Shown in pieces: positions 35,977 through 46,426 of a stretch of DNA of 64,000 nucleotides (position 1 is its first letter; the number at the start of each line of letters is the position of its first letter). Below the pieces are notes generated by a model, which saw nothing but the letters and a program-made list of their open reading frames with translations, had not been told where the DNA came from and did no database searches. Made by a program: the position numbers and the translations under genes. The stretch covers positions 6,905 through 70,904 of the forward strand of contig JAUUZY010000004.1 of NCBI GenBank assembly GCA_030592015.1. The letters run 5' to 3'. This DNA comes from Candidatus Peregrinibacteria bacterium. Lineage in GTDB: Bacteria; Patescibacteriota; Gracilibacteria; UBA1369; LOWO2-01-FULL-3.

Positions 35977-38476
35977 CTTCTTTCTTGTTCTCACTCCATC
36001 TTCGAATTTTATCAACAATAACTGAAGTTTTCTCAGAATAACGTTCACGAGAAACCTTAGTAACCATATCAATCCTATCTAAATCAAGCTCAATATTTGG
36101 AGGAGGCAAGGTCAGCAATGAAAAAGTCTTAGACGGCATACCATCAATAAGCAAACGCATATAAGCAGTATATTTACTTAGAGAAACTAAATCACTAGGC
36201 AAAATCTCTTCCGCAAATTGTTGAGATAAATAATCCGCATCATCAAAACCAACTTGGAAAGAGAAAATACTACCGACATTCCCAAAAACAGCATCCCTAA
36301 CCTCATCAGGCATCTGTGCAATATACTGATTTGCCATTGTCAGGTTAAGCTTGTACTTCCTAGCCTCAGACAAAATAGTCGCAAAGGATTCAGTAGCAAA
36401 ATTTTGAAACTCATCCACATACAAGTAAAAATCTTTCCGATCCTTTTCAGGAACATTCGCCCGACTCATAGCATCAAGCTGAAACTTTGTAATAAACATT
36501 GAACCAAGAAGCGCAGAATTATCTTCACCAATCTTACCTTTAGAAAGGTTCACAATAACAATCTTTCCCTTATCCATAGCAAATCTCAGATCCACGGAAC
36601 TTTTTGGCTGACCAACAATATTACGAATAGTTGGACTGGATAAAAACTGCCCAACCTTATTTAGAATCGGAGAAATCGCCTCAACTCTAAATCTATCCTG
36701 CATCTTTGCAAACTCATTAACCCAAAAAGATTTTACAACAGGATCCTGAATTTTTCTAACAACCTTTCTTCTATATTCATCATCCTGCAAAATTCTAGTA
36801 ATACCCAACATAGTAGTTCCGGGATATTCCAACAAAGCCAGAATAGTATTTCTCAAAATGTGTTCTAGCCTTGGCCCCCAACTATCAGCATAAATCTTCT
36901 TGAAAATACCGACCAAACCACTACAAACAATAGAGTTCAAAGCAGGATCAACATTTTCAAGCATATTAAATGCAACAGCATACTTAGTATCTGAAGGATC
37001 AATCAAAACAACATCATTTGTCCTATTTGAAGGAATAAAACTCAAAACCGCATCAGCCAAATCTCCATGAGGATCAATAATCCCAACACCCTTTCCACTA
37101 ACAATGTCCGAATAAATCATATTTTCAAGCAAAGTAGATTTCCCCATACCCGTTTTCCCAATCACATATAAATGTCTTCTTCTATCAATAGCTCTAACAC
37201 CAAAAACCTTCTGCATTCCTCTAAAATTTGTTTTACCTAAAATTGAAACAGGTTCCTCCCCTCCTTCAACAGGCAAATCCCCAGGCGGTTCGAGCTTCTT
37301 GCTTGAAACCCAGAAAATCGTAGGAGTCTTTACTGTCAGATTTGGAAAATGATAAATCGTAGCCAACTCCTCATTATTCATGACAAAACCATCCCGAATG
37401 ATTCTTTTTCTATACTTATTTATAATCCCGGTCCCTTCATAAAAATCCTTCATCTCAAATCCATTCAAGTGAGGAAAATTAAACTGCTTAAATGAAGCCA
37501 CAATCTCTCGAAGCTTTATTTTTGATTTCTGAATATTCTTTTTCTTTGGAAGATAAACAATTCGAATATTAGTTGAATAAAGCAAACGAACGACTTTATC
37601 CATAGCAGCATCTATACTGCTTTCCCTATCATGAGTACTCGAAACAAGCTCATCAACATCATCATTACGCGAATTCTGAGCACTTAATTTGAAATCAACA
37701 CCGGCCTTAATCAACATTCCCTGAAACCAAAAGACCACATAGACAGGAAAAAACACTATTCGAGGCCAAAGTTTTCTAGTAATAAAAGCCTTTGCATATG
37801 CTGACTTAAAAGACTCAACATTGGCAAAGACCCCCTTTTTCATAATCATCACACATTTGGAAAACACAACTCGCCACTTGTCAGACAGTGGACTAGCAAC
37901 AATCTGAATCCACGCCTGATCCTCAGGATCATCAAATTTCACTATAGAGGAAGTAATACCGGCCATAGGATCTAAAGCCACCCTCGTAAGTTTATCCTCA
38001 AACTGTGGATATCTCTTAATAGGAAATATATCCGGCCCCAAAAGTTTCAATTCAACAGCAATCGCATTCTCAATATTTCTGGGATTATATGAATAATCCA
38101 CAGAATCCTCTATCTCAACATCAGGATAATGAGCATAAATTTGCCCTTCCACCAAATTTCTCAGATTTTCAGGAAAAGCCACGTAAAACTTGATCATTCG
38201 TCCAATACTCGCAATCTCAAGACTGACATGATCACTACTATAGCCCTTTAACCTTTGCCAGAGACTAAATTTGGACTGAATACCATGCAAGGTCGCAAAA
38301 ATATGCTCAGCCGCAATAGGGCCAGTCTCATTCTCCTTAGATACTCTCACCTGAAGCACAGTATAGTCTTCCGCATACTTTCTTCTAATTTGTCGGAATC
38401 TAACAAAAACCGTTAGAAAAACTAACAAAAATATAAACGCAACTATACCGATCAAAACATAAGTAACCATTTCCAT
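35960..38476 (-). CDS. membrane-anchored FtsK/HerA/VirD4-superfamily ATPase (type IV coupling-protein-like)
   Basis: 838 aa: an N-terminal TM, an N-domain of about 400 aa, then Walker A GKTGMGKST, IIDPHGD, Walker B YLYVDEFQNF and ANQYIAQ. Confidence 0.6.
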   Translation of the reverse strand: MEMVTYVLIGIVAFIFLLVFLTVFVRFRQIRRKYAEDYTVLQVRVSKENETGPIAAEHIFATLHGIQSKFSLWQRLKGYSSDHVSLEIASIGRMIKFYVAFPENLRNLVEGQIYAHYPDVEIEDSVDYSYNPRNIENAIAVELKLLGPDIFPIKRYPQFEDKLTRVALDPMAGITSSIVKFDDPEDQAWIQIVASPLSDKWRVVFSKCVMIMKKGVFANVESFKSAYAKAFITRKLWPRIVFFPVYVVFWFQGMLIKAGVDFKLSAQNSRNDDVDELVSSTHDRESSIDAAMDKVVRLLYSTNIRIVYLPKKKNIQKSKIKLREIVASFKQFNFPHLNGFEMKDFYEGTGIINKYRKRIIRDGFVMNNEELATIYHFPNLTVKTPTIFWVSSKKLEPPGDLPVEGGEEPVSILGKTNFRGMQKVFGVRAIDRRRHLYVIGKTGMGKSTLLENMIYSDIVSGKGVGIIDPHGDLADAVLSFIPSNRTNDVVLIDPSDTKYAVAFNMLENVDPALNSIVCSGLVGIFKKIYADSWGPRLEHILRNTILALLEYPGTTMLGITRILQDDEYRRKVVRKIQDPVVKSFWVNEFAKMQDRFRVEAISPILNKVGQFLSSPTIRNIVGQPKSSVDLRFAMDKGKIVIVNLSKGKIGEDNSALLGSMFITKFQLDAMSRANVPEKDRKDFYLYVDEFQNFATESFATILSEARKYKLNLTMANQYIAQMPDEVRDAVFGNVGSIFSFQVGFDDADYLSQQFAEEILPSDLVSLSKYTAYMRLLIDGMPSKTFSLLTLPPPNIELDLDRIDMVTKVSRERYSEKTSVIVDKIRRWSENKKEDGKND

Positions 38477-38497
38477 CCTTAAATTAAGTCTAGTGAA

Positions 38498-38923
38498 TTA
38501 TAAACATAGAGAGGCAAAAAACCTATGAAGAATTATTTGCGCAGCAAGTTCATCCTTATGAGCCCTCTTATCCTTAAAAACATCTGATTTATCCATTAAA
38601 TCCTCTGCTTCAAAAGTACTAAGACTCTCATCAAAAAGCTCAATATCGATATCCTGTAAGACAGTCCCTAATTTAACAACAAATTTCTTGATTTTCTTTG
38701 TCATTTCATTATCAGCCGTATACTTCATATCTATAGGCAATCCAACTACAATCATCCTTACATCCCATTCCTTACAAAAAGAAATAATCTCCCCCAGCAC
38801 AAAATCAAATCCTTTATTCTGGATAACCCCTTTCGGAAAAGCCATTTTTGTCTCAAAATCACCAACAGCCAAACCAATTCGCTTAGTTCCGTAATCCAAG
38901 GCTAAAATATTCCCCCTTTTCAT
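38498..38923 (-). CDS. ruvX: Holliday-junction resolvase-like nuclease RuvX/YqgF
   Basis: ILALDYGTKRIGLAVGD and DESLSTFEAE motifs. Confidence 0.85.
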   Translation of the reverse strand: MKRGNILALDYGTKRIGLAVGDFETKMAFPKGVIQNKGFDFVLGEIISFCKEWDVRMIVVGLPIDMKYTADNEMTKKIKKFVVKLGTVLQDIDIELFDESLSTFEAEDLMDKSDVFKDKRAHKDELAAQIILHRFFASLCL

Positions 38924-38926
38924 AAA

Positions 38927-39373
38927 TTATTCTTCAGATTCAACTATAACCTTCACTTCTTCCTCTAAATCATCACCAAGTTGCACCTTAACGCTATATT
39001 CTCCAAGCTCCTTAATGTGCTCCATTTTTATGAAACTAGGCTCCAGAGTAACTTTTGCCTCAGCCTTAATCGCCTCAACGATATCAGCTTCAGCCAAAGC
39101 AGCATAAAGAGTCCCTTTATCACTAACACTCGCCTTTAATTTAAGCTCCAAGCCCTTAAGTTTCTTCAGAACATCCTTAGCATTCTCCAAAACTTGGCTT
39201 TTTTCCATAACAACCTTTTCTTTCCTTCCTTCTGCAAGCTTTATCAGCGCAGGAGTTGCAGGAACAGCAAGACTCTTAGGAAATAGATAATTTCTAAAAT
39301 ATCCAGGTTTTACCGCCACAATGTCTCCTCTGTAGCCAAGATTCTCTACTTTTTCGTTTAGTAATACTTTCAT
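38927..39373 (-). CDS. rplI: 50S ribosomal protein L9
   Basis: MKVLLNEKVENLGYRGDIVAVKPGYFRNYLFPK. The ATG at 39373 is preferred. Confidence 0.85.
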   Translation of the reverse strand: MKVLLNEKVENLGYRGDIVAVKPGYFRNYLFPKSLAVPATPALIKLAEGRKEKVVMEKSQVLENAKDVLKKLKGLELKLKASVSDKGTLYAALAEADIVEAIKAEAKVTLEPSFIKMEHIKELGEYSVKVQLGDDLEEEVKVIVESEE

Positions 39374-39437
39374 AATCAAATTTAAAAACAACGCATTAAT
39401 AAATAGCGAATTATTCGACTAAAGTAAAGGGAATTTA

Positions 39438-41123
39438 CTATCTTTCAAATTTCCAGAGAGGCATCGCTACAAATCTATCGGAAGCAAAAACCACACCATT
39501 CATACTAACCCCCGAAACTTTTCCATCACTCGCATAGTAATAAACAGGTCTATACAAGAAAATTGCAGGAATATCATCCTTAATCTGCTCTGCAAGCTCA
39601 TTAAGTTCCCTCTCCCTCTTTTCCTGATTAAATACAGACCTAATGTCCTCAATCAAGCTATCCACCCTAAAACTCTTATAATTGGACAAATTTTGCCCCA
39701 TAGGGTTAGCCTGAGTAGAATGCCAATAAGAATATGTATCAAGATTATATCCAAGATTTTGACCAACCAATAAAAGATCATAGGCTCTGGTCTTTGTTCG
39801 ATCCTTAAAATCAGACTCAGGAAGAAATTCAACATTTATATTCATACCAACCGCCTCCCAAGAATCCTGCAAAAAGGAAACAACTGTCTTGGCTTCTTCA
39901 TATTGTGGACTTCCCTCACTATACAACCTTGCAATAAAATTCAACTCAAGAGCAGCTCCGTCCTCATCATAACGGATTCCAACTTTTTCAGTATCATCTT
40001 CTGCATAATTATAACCAGAATCCTTCAAAGCTCCTTCAGCTTCCTCTACATTCGGCTGATACACCCACTCCTCCTGATCCAACTCCATAAGAGGAGTATC
40101 GACAGCCTTTTTATCTGTAAATTGAGAAATCAAATCTTCCTTATTAAGAGACTTCTGAAGAGCCAATCGCACATTCTTATCCCCCTTCAAAATCTCACTT
40201 TCCATATTCATAAAAACAGCCGTATATTGCGGCAATTCATAAGAAAACAAGTCAAATCGCTCATTATTTTCAAAATCATTCACAAATTTTCCAGAAATCT
40301 TTATCACTCCATTCACACTATTTATACCCTCAAGCAATTGCTCCATCGTAGGATATGAAATAAATCGAATAAATTCGATATCCGAAGGAGCATTATAATA
40401 CACAGGACTTCGTTGCAAAGTGATCTGAGTCCGCCCATCAGGGAAAGCCTCAACAGGGTCAGATATCATATAAGGTCCACTACCTACAGGGATCTTATTA
40501 AATTCATGCTTCAAAATATCGTAAGGATCGGTATCTTCCAAAATATGCTTTGGAAGTACTCCGGTTGTTAGATTTGTAATAAAGAAAACGTTAGGCTTTT
40601 CAAGTGTAAACTTGATTGATCTCTCATCAAGCTGCTCTATATCAACACCTGCAAAATTAGTTTTCAAAATTTCATTTGAGAAAGAAGGAGACAAAACTAC
40701 ATCATGAAACGTAAAGTAAACATCATCAGCAGTTAAATCCTTCCCATCATGCCATTTCAAGCCCTCTCTCAACATAAAAGTATATTCGGTTTTGTCTTCA
40801 TTAATAGAAAGAACAGCCATGTCATCAACAACAGCCCGCTTCTCCGGGTCATATTTCATCAAACCTGAAAAAACCAAACGTGAAACTTCCCTATCAGCTT
40901 CATTATAATCAACAAACAAAGGGTTTATATTTTGAAATCCATTCCTGGAAACCATCCCTTCAGTATAAATATTGGATTCTCCAAAACTAAATAGTCCATA
41001 AGGAAAAACCACTAACTTCACAAGCATTCCCAAAAGTACAAACAATGCAATTACTGAAATTAACTTATCAGTATAATCATAGGCTCTAAAAACCTTTATT
41101 ATATACCTAAGAACTCTCATCAA
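39438..41123 (-). CDS. solute-binding protein family 5 (peptide/nickel type), N-terminally membrane-anchored
   Basis: A TM anchor is followed by GLMKYD..., LREGLKWHDGKDLTADDV and other typical SBP_bac_5 signatures. No transporter genes are adjacent. Confidence 0.7.
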   Translation of the reverse strand: MMRVLRYIIKVFRAYDYTDKLISVIALFVLLGMLVKLVVFPYGLFSFGESNIYTEGMVSRNGFQNINPLFVDYNEADREVSRLVFSGLMKYDPEKRAVVDDMAVLSINEDKTEYTFMLREGLKWHDGKDLTADDVYFTFHDVVLSPSFSNEILKTNFAGVDIEQLDERSIKFTLEKPNVFFITNLTTGVLPKHILEDTDPYDILKHEFNKIPVGSGPYMISDPVEAFPDGRTQITLQRSPVYYNAPSDIEFIRFISYPTMEQLLEGINSVNGVIKISGKFVNDFENNERFDLFSYELPQYTAVFMNMESEILKGDKNVRLALQKSLNKEDLISQFTDKKAVDTPLMELDQEEWVYQPNVEEAEGALKDSGYNYAEDDTEKVGIRYDEDGAALELNFIARLYSEGSPQYEEAKTVVSFLQDSWEAVGMNINVEFLPESDFKDRTKTRAYDLLLVGQNLGYNLDTYSYWHSTQANPMGQNLSNYKSFRVDSLIEDIRSVFNQEKRERELNELAEQIKDDIPAIFLYRPVYYYASDGKVSGVSMNGVVFASDRFVAMPLWKFER

Positions 41124-41133
41124 GAACGATTAT

Positions 41134-41352
41134 TTAAATGAAGAGAAAAGCCATAGAGTTAGCCAAAAACAAAACGGCCAAAACTACAGTTGCAGTAGCC
41201 AAAACCTTTTCAGCTCCACGTTTAGAAGAATGAAATCCTCCACCACTACCACCAAATGTAGCTGACAAACCAGTCCCTTGTTGCTGCGTCAAAATCGCTA
41301 GAATCAACAATATGGATAATACTACCTGTACCGACATCAAAAATGTGCTCAT
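41134..41352 (-). CDS. secG: preprotein translocase subunit SecG
   Basis: 72 aa with two TM helices flanking the loop QQQGTGLSATFGGSGG. Confidence 0.75.
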   Translation of the reverse strand: MSTFLMSVQVVLSILLILAILTQQQGTGLSATFGGSGGGFHSSKRGAEKVLATATVVLAVLFLANSMAFLFI

Positions 41353-41356
41353 ATGT

Positions 41357-41731
41357 TTATTTTTTAATTACTAAATGCATCCCCCAATTTATAAGACCAA
41401 GTACAACAGCTCCTATAACATAGGAACCTAAGTTTGGAAAGGTTAAAGTGACATCTCGAAATTCCGCAATTGTGAAAAAATACGACATAACCCACAGTAT
41501 AGCGGCGTTAATCACTATAAGAAAAAGTCCACCGGTCAAAATGACAAATGGTAAAGAAAATATTTTTATTATCGGTTTTACAAAGAAATTCATTAAACCC
41601 AAAAATATTCCACCCATAAGAAAAAACTTAAATCCACCTGTATATGTAACTTCATCAACAGCAAGCGTAAGAATATACAAGGCTAGCCCATTTGCCAACA
41701 CTCCCATAACTGCAATTTTTATTATACCCAT
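41357..41731 (-). CDS. phage-holin-family-4 / DUF360 (YvlD-like) membrane protein
   Basis: 124 aa and 4 TM, with FVKPIIKIFSLPFVILTGGLFLIVINA typical of the family. Confidence 0.6.
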   Translation of the reverse strand: MGIIKIAVMGVLANGLALYILTLAVDEVTYTGGFKFFLMGGIFLGLMNFFVKPIIKIFSLPFVILTGGLFLIVINAAILWVMSYFFTIAEFRDVTLTFPNLGSYVIGAVVLGLINWGMHLVIKK

Positions 41732-44700
41732 TTAACTTTTATTAATTTCTACTCGCCTAATCGCAATCTTTACATTTTCATCATTAATTTTCACCTCTTT
41801 TTCCTTGTCCCATTCCATATCTCCACTTTGCCTAAGTTCATCAGAAAGCGTTTCCGCCTTTATATAATCAGCAAAACCAGTCACAGCCTTGTCGATATCA
41901 CCATGAGCTTCAATCCAAATATAAATTCTGTCATCCACTTGATAATCCGCCTCTTTTCTCATTTCCTGAATAAATCTAACTATATCACGAGCATATCCTT
42001 CCCTCTGCAATTCCTCAGAAATAGCTGTATCAAGAGCAACTACAACACCATTAGCACTTTCAACATCATAGCCCTCCTTTGCCTTCAATCCGATTTCCAC
42101 TTCATCATTCTCCAAAACCCAATCCCCCACCTTAACCTTTCCATCTTCAAGAATTTCAAAGTCAGCACTTTTCACCAATTTTATAATATTCTGAACATCT
42201 CCACCATACTTAGGCCCCAAAACTTTCGGATTTGGAGTAACAGATTCCTCAACTATGTCTGAAGCTTCTTTGATAATCTCTAAATCTTTCACATTTAACT
42301 CTTCCAAAATCACATCTCTTTGCATTTCAACCAATTCTTGATCAACTCCCTTAGGCAAGGCTATACCTACCTTAGCAAGAGGTTGTCTTACCTTTATTTT
42401 TTTCTTAGCACGAACACTATGCCCAAGATTCACAATAGCTCGCACAAGATGAATTTCTTCATTTAGTTTTTCATCAATCAAACTTTCATTTGCCTCAGGC
42501 CAATCAGCCAAATGCACTGACTCCTCCTCAGTCAAATTTCGATAAATTTCTTCACTCAAATATGGCATGAATGGAGCAAGTATTTTTGAAAGCTGAAGCA
42601 AAACAATATACAAAGTTTGATACGCCTGAGTCTTGTCCCCATCGTTTTCACTCTTCCAAAAACGACGTCTAGACCTCCTCACATACCAATTGGAAAGATT
42701 TTCTACAAAACCCATCATTGTCCTTGTAGATTTGGTCAAATTATACTCATTCATCCCCTCGGTAACCTCCTTTATCAAAGCATTCAGTTCAGACAAAATC
42801 CATTTATCTAACTTATGATCCGGAACAAAATCTCCAAAATCCTTCTCAGGCTCCCAGTTATCAATATTCGCATAAGTAACAAAGAAACTATAAGTATTCC
42901 AAATAGTTAGAGTGAATTTTTTCACAATTTCATCAACATGATCCTCGGAAAATCGCACAGCCTCCGCCAATGGAGCTGTAGATGCATAAAGGAAGAACCT
43001 AGTACTATCTACTCCCTTAGTATTGAAAAGAAGATTCGGATCAGGATAGTTCTTTTTTCGCTTTGAAAGTTTCTCACCATCAGAAGCAAGAAGAATCCCG
43101 TTAACAATCACATTCTTGAACGCAGGCTTATCAAAGAGAATAGTAGAAAGCACATGCAAAGTATAAAACCAACCACGCGTCTGATCAAGCCCCTCAGCAA
43201 TAAAGTCAGCAGGAAAATTATCTTCAAACTCTTTCTTGTTTTCAAAAGGATAATGCAACTGAGCGTAAGGCATAGCCCCACTTTCAAACCAGCAATCCAA
43301 TACATCAGGAATCCTCGTCATTTGCTCCCCACACTTTTCACACTTAATAGTAATATTATCGATATAAGGCTTATGTAAGTCCAATTTGCCATCATTTTCA
43401 GGGATCTTTCCTCCTGATTTTTCCTTCAGCTCTTCAACAGAACCAATACAAGTCTTCTCTCCACACTCACATTCCCATAAAGGAATTGCACATCCCCAAA
43501 ATCTATTCCTGGAAACAGCCCAATCACGTGCACCTTCAAGCCATTTTCCAAAACGTCCTTTCTGAATATGCCCAGGCTGCCAGTGAATTTTTTCATTATT
43601 CTTCAATAAACGATCCTTCACATCCGTAACACGAATAAAAAGAGATCTAGTCGAATAATTCAAAAGCGGAGTATCGCATCTCCAACAATGCGGATAACTA
43701 TGTTTGTAATTCTGCTTAGCAAAAAGCAGTCCTTTCTCATGCAAGTATTTCGCAACGTTCAAATCCTGTCCTTTCACAAATTTTCCGGCAAAATCAGTAA
43801 CTTCATCCTTAAAGGTACCATTCATATACACATGTTGAATCATCGCAGATCCCATCTCCTTACCAAAATTATAATCATCCTCACCAAACATAGGCGCAAT
43901 ATGCACTATTCCGGTACCATCCTCAGTTGTAACAAAATCAGCAGTACCAATAACATAAAGCTCCCCTTCAAGCTCCTTATTATCCAAATAATAATCGAAT
44001 AATGGTTCATATTTAGTTCCAACCAGCTTAGATTGATCAATTTTTTCAATTTCAGCATAATTGCCCTCTCCAAACACAGCCTCAGCCAAGTCCTTGGCAA
44101 CGATATAAAATTCATCCTTCCCTTCATCATTTTTCGCTCCAACCTTCACATACTCAATATCTTTCCCCAAAGCCAAAGCCGTATTCCCAGGCAAAGTCCA
44201 TGGAGTTGTAGTCCAAGCCAATATATAAACATCCTCACCTTCAGAACCAATCGCCTTCAAGGCGTCAGATGAAAGTTTAAACTTCGCAGTAACTGACAAA
44301 TCAGTAATATCTTTGTAGCCCTGAGAAACCTCAAAATTCGACAAAGGCGTCTCGCAACGAGGGCAAACATGCATGGATTTGAAACCTGAATAAATCAGGT
44401 CCTTGTCCCAAATCTGCTTGAACACCCACCAAATTGATTCCATATAATCATTATCCAAAGTCGCATAACTATCACTAAAATCAACCCATCTCGCAACACG
44501 TTTCAACATCTGCTCCCACTCTTTTGTATATGTAAAAACAGACTCACTACATTTCGTATTAAATTTCTCAACTCCATAACTAACAATTTCCTTCCTACCG
44601 GACAATTCAAGTTGCTTCTCTATCTCATATTCAACAGGCAAACCATGACAATCCCACCCATTAGTACGGGGAACATAATACCCCCTCATAGTCCAATACC

Positions 44701-44908
44701 TAGTCACCGCATCCTTTAACGCAGTAGCAAGGATATGTCCATAATGAGGCAAACCATTTGCAAAGGGAGGCCCATCAAAAAATATGAACTTTTCATTTCC
44801 CTCTCGTTGCTTCACAGATTTTTCAAAAATCTCATTAGAATCCCAAAACCCAAGAATTTCTTGCTCAAGATCCGGGAATGATTGCTTTGGGTCTACTCTC
44901 CTAAACAT
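41732..44908 (-). CDS. ileS: isoleucine--tRNA ligase, type 2 (archaeal/eukaryote-like)
   Basis: 1058 aa with PPFANGLPHYGH (HIGH), the CP1 editing domain, KLSKRKKN (KMSKS) and a long C-terminal domain lacking the type 1 zinc-finger ending. Confidence 0.95.
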   Translation of the reverse strand: MFRRVDPKQSFPDLEQEILGFWDSNEIFEKSVKQREGNEKFIFFDGPPFANGLPHYGHILATALKDAVTRYWTMRGYYVPRTNGWDCHGLPVEYEIEKQLELSGRKEIVSYGVEKFNTKCSESVFTYTKEWEQMLKRVARWVDFSDSYATLDNDYMESIWWVFKQIWDKDLIYSGFKSMHVCPRCETPLSNFEVSQGYKDITDLSVTAKFKLSSDALKAIGSEGEDVYILAWTTTPWTLPGNTALALGKDIEYVKVGAKNDEGKDEFYIVAKDLAEAVFGEGNYAEIEKIDQSKLVGTKYEPLFDYYLDNKELEGELYVIGTADFVTTEDGTGIVHIAPMFGEDDYNFGKEMGSAMIQHVYMNGTFKDEVTDFAGKFVKGQDLNVAKYLHEKGLLFAKQNYKHSYPHCWRCDTPLLNYSTRSLFIRVTDVKDRLLKNNEKIHWQPGHIQKGRFGKWLEGARDWAVSRNRFWGCAIPLWECECGEKTCIGSVEELKEKSGGKIPENDGKLDLHKPYIDNITIKCEKCGEQMTRIPDVLDCWFESGAMPYAQLHYPFENKKEFEDNFPADFIAEGLDQTRGWFYTLHVLSTILFDKPAFKNVIVNGILLASDGEKLSKRKKNYPDPNLLFNTKGVDSTRFFLYASTAPLAEAVRFSEDHVDEIVKKFTLTIWNTYSFFVTYANIDNWEPEKDFGDFVPDHKLDKWILSELNALIKEVTEGMNEYNLTKSTRTMMGFVENLSNWYVRRSRRRFWKSENDGDKTQAYQTLYIVLLQLSKILAPFMPYLSEEIYRNLTEEESVHLADWPEANESLIDEKLNEEIHLVRAIVNLGHSVRAKKKIKVRQPLAKVGIALPKGVDQELVEMQRDVILEELNVKDLEIIKEASDIVEESVTPNPKVLGPKYGGDVQNIIKLVKSADFEILEDGKVKVGDWVLENDEVEIGLKAKEGYDVESANGVVVALDTAISEELQREGYARDIVRFIQEMRKEADYQVDDRIYIWIEAHGDIDKAVTGFADYIKAETLSDELRQSGDMEWDKEKEVKINDENVKIAIRRVEINKS

Positions 44909-44982
44909 ATTTTTTTGTTAGATCATCTAAAACAGAGCCAGTTTAGCGAAAAACTTAGCTTTTTCCAATCCCAAATATTTTG

Positions 44983-46413
44983 CTAACAACCTCTGCAATC
45001 ACCGCAACCACCAGACTCACAACCTGAAGGACCGGCAATCTTTAATTCATAGCTTTCAACCAACTCAGCAGCAAGACCCACATATTTTTCAGGAGTCAAA
45101 GAACTCAACACCTTTTTATCTGCAGCAGGGATCTTTAATTTCTTGATGAAATTTTGGACAACAGCCTTAGTCACACCACCCTTCCCTCGAGTCAGTTCTT
45201 TCAACTGCTCATAGGCGTCAGAGATCAAGTGCTTGCGCATAACCATCTGAATCGGTTCAGCCATAAGCTCCCATTTGTCTTTTAGGTCATCTTGTATAAC
45301 TTTTTTATTCACAGTACACTTGGACAAGCCCTTCAAAGTGCTCTTGTAAGCCAAAACAGAGTAGCCCATCGCCATTCCAATGTTCCTCTGAACAGTAGAA
45401 TCAGACAAATCTCTCTGCAACCTGGAAATCTGTAATTTTGAAGACATATGCTCCAACAAAGAATTCGCAATTCCAACATTTCCTTCACTATTCTCAAAAT
45501 CTATAGGATTAACTTTGTGCGGCATAGTAGAAGATCCTATCTCCCCTTTCAAAGTTTTCTGACCAAAATATCCAAGACTAATATAAGTCCACATATCTCT
45601 ATCAAAATCCAAAACGATATTATTCATACGTTTCACGCAATCAAAAACATCAGCAAAACAATCATGAGGCTCTATCTGAGTTGTATACTTATTAAACTTC
45701 AATCCAAGCGAATGTACAAAGTCCTCACTAACCTTCATCCAGTCAACCTTAGGATAAGCAGCAAGATGGGCATTGTAGTTCCCTACAGCTCCATTGATCT
45801 TCCCCATCACATAATCACCCTCAGACAAAATTTCCAACTCCCTCTCAAGTCGTGCGACAAAATTGATTAACTCTTTTCCAAGAGTAGTAGGAGAAGCTGT
45901 TTGTCCATGAGTACGAGCAAGCATAGGAAGTGAGCGCGTAGCCATCCCTAAAGTATGAATTTCTTGTATAACTCCGCTAAGCATAGGCTGCAGGTCTCTC
46001 TCAAGAAAATCCCTCAACATGCAAGCATAAGAAAGATTGTTGATATCTTCAGACGTACATCCAAAGTGTATAAACGCAGTGTATTTCTCCAGATCACTAC
46101 CCTTCAAGTGCTCACAAATAAAATACTCAATCGCCTTCACATCATGATTCGTAGTTTTTTCTATATCCTTCACTCTTTTTGCATCTACCACATCAAATTG
46201 TTCATACATAGTACGAAGAAGCTTGAGCTCAGTAGGTTTGAGCACCCTAGTCCCTTTCAGTTTTACCTCATTAAACAAATTGATAAACCATTCCACTTCA
46301 ACAAGAACTCTATATCTCATTAACGCAGCCTCAGAAAAATACTGAGATAGATAATCAACCTTAGACGCATATCTCCCATCCAAAGGAGAGATAGCCATTA
46401 AATTATTTTCCAT
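44983..46413 (-). CDS. purB: adenylosuccinate lyase with a Cys-rich C-terminal extension
   Basis: It is collinear with E. coli-type PurB (SPLDGRYASKV, TSEDINN, GSSTMPHKVNPIDFEN). The last 19 aa, KIAGPSGCESGGCGDCRGC, are extra. The ATG at 46413 or 46398 is the likely start. Confidence 0.9.
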   Translation of the reverse strand: MENNLMAISPLDGRYASKVDYLSQYFSEAALMRYRVLVEVEWFINLFNEVKLKGTRVLKPTELKLLRTMYEQFDVVDAKRVKDIEKTTNHDVKAIEYFICEHLKGSDLEKYTAFIHFGCTSEDINNLSYACMLRDFLERDLQPMLSGVIQEIHTLGMATRSLPMLARTHGQTASPTTLGKELINFVARLERELEILSEGDYVMGKINGAVGNYNAHLAAYPKVDWMKVSEDFVHSLGLKFNKYTTQIEPHDCFADVFDCVKRMNNIVLDFDRDMWTYISLGYFGQKTLKGEIGSSTMPHKVNPIDFENSEGNVGIANSLLEHMSSKLQISRLQRDLSDSTVQRNIGMAMGYSVLAYKSTLKGLSKCTVNKKVIQDDLKDKWELMAEPIQMVMRKHLISDAYEQLKELTRGKGGVTKAVVQNFIKKLKIPAADKKVLSSLTPEKYVGLAAELVESYELKIAGPSGCESGGCGDCRGC

Positions 46414-46426
46414 GAATAAACAAAAT

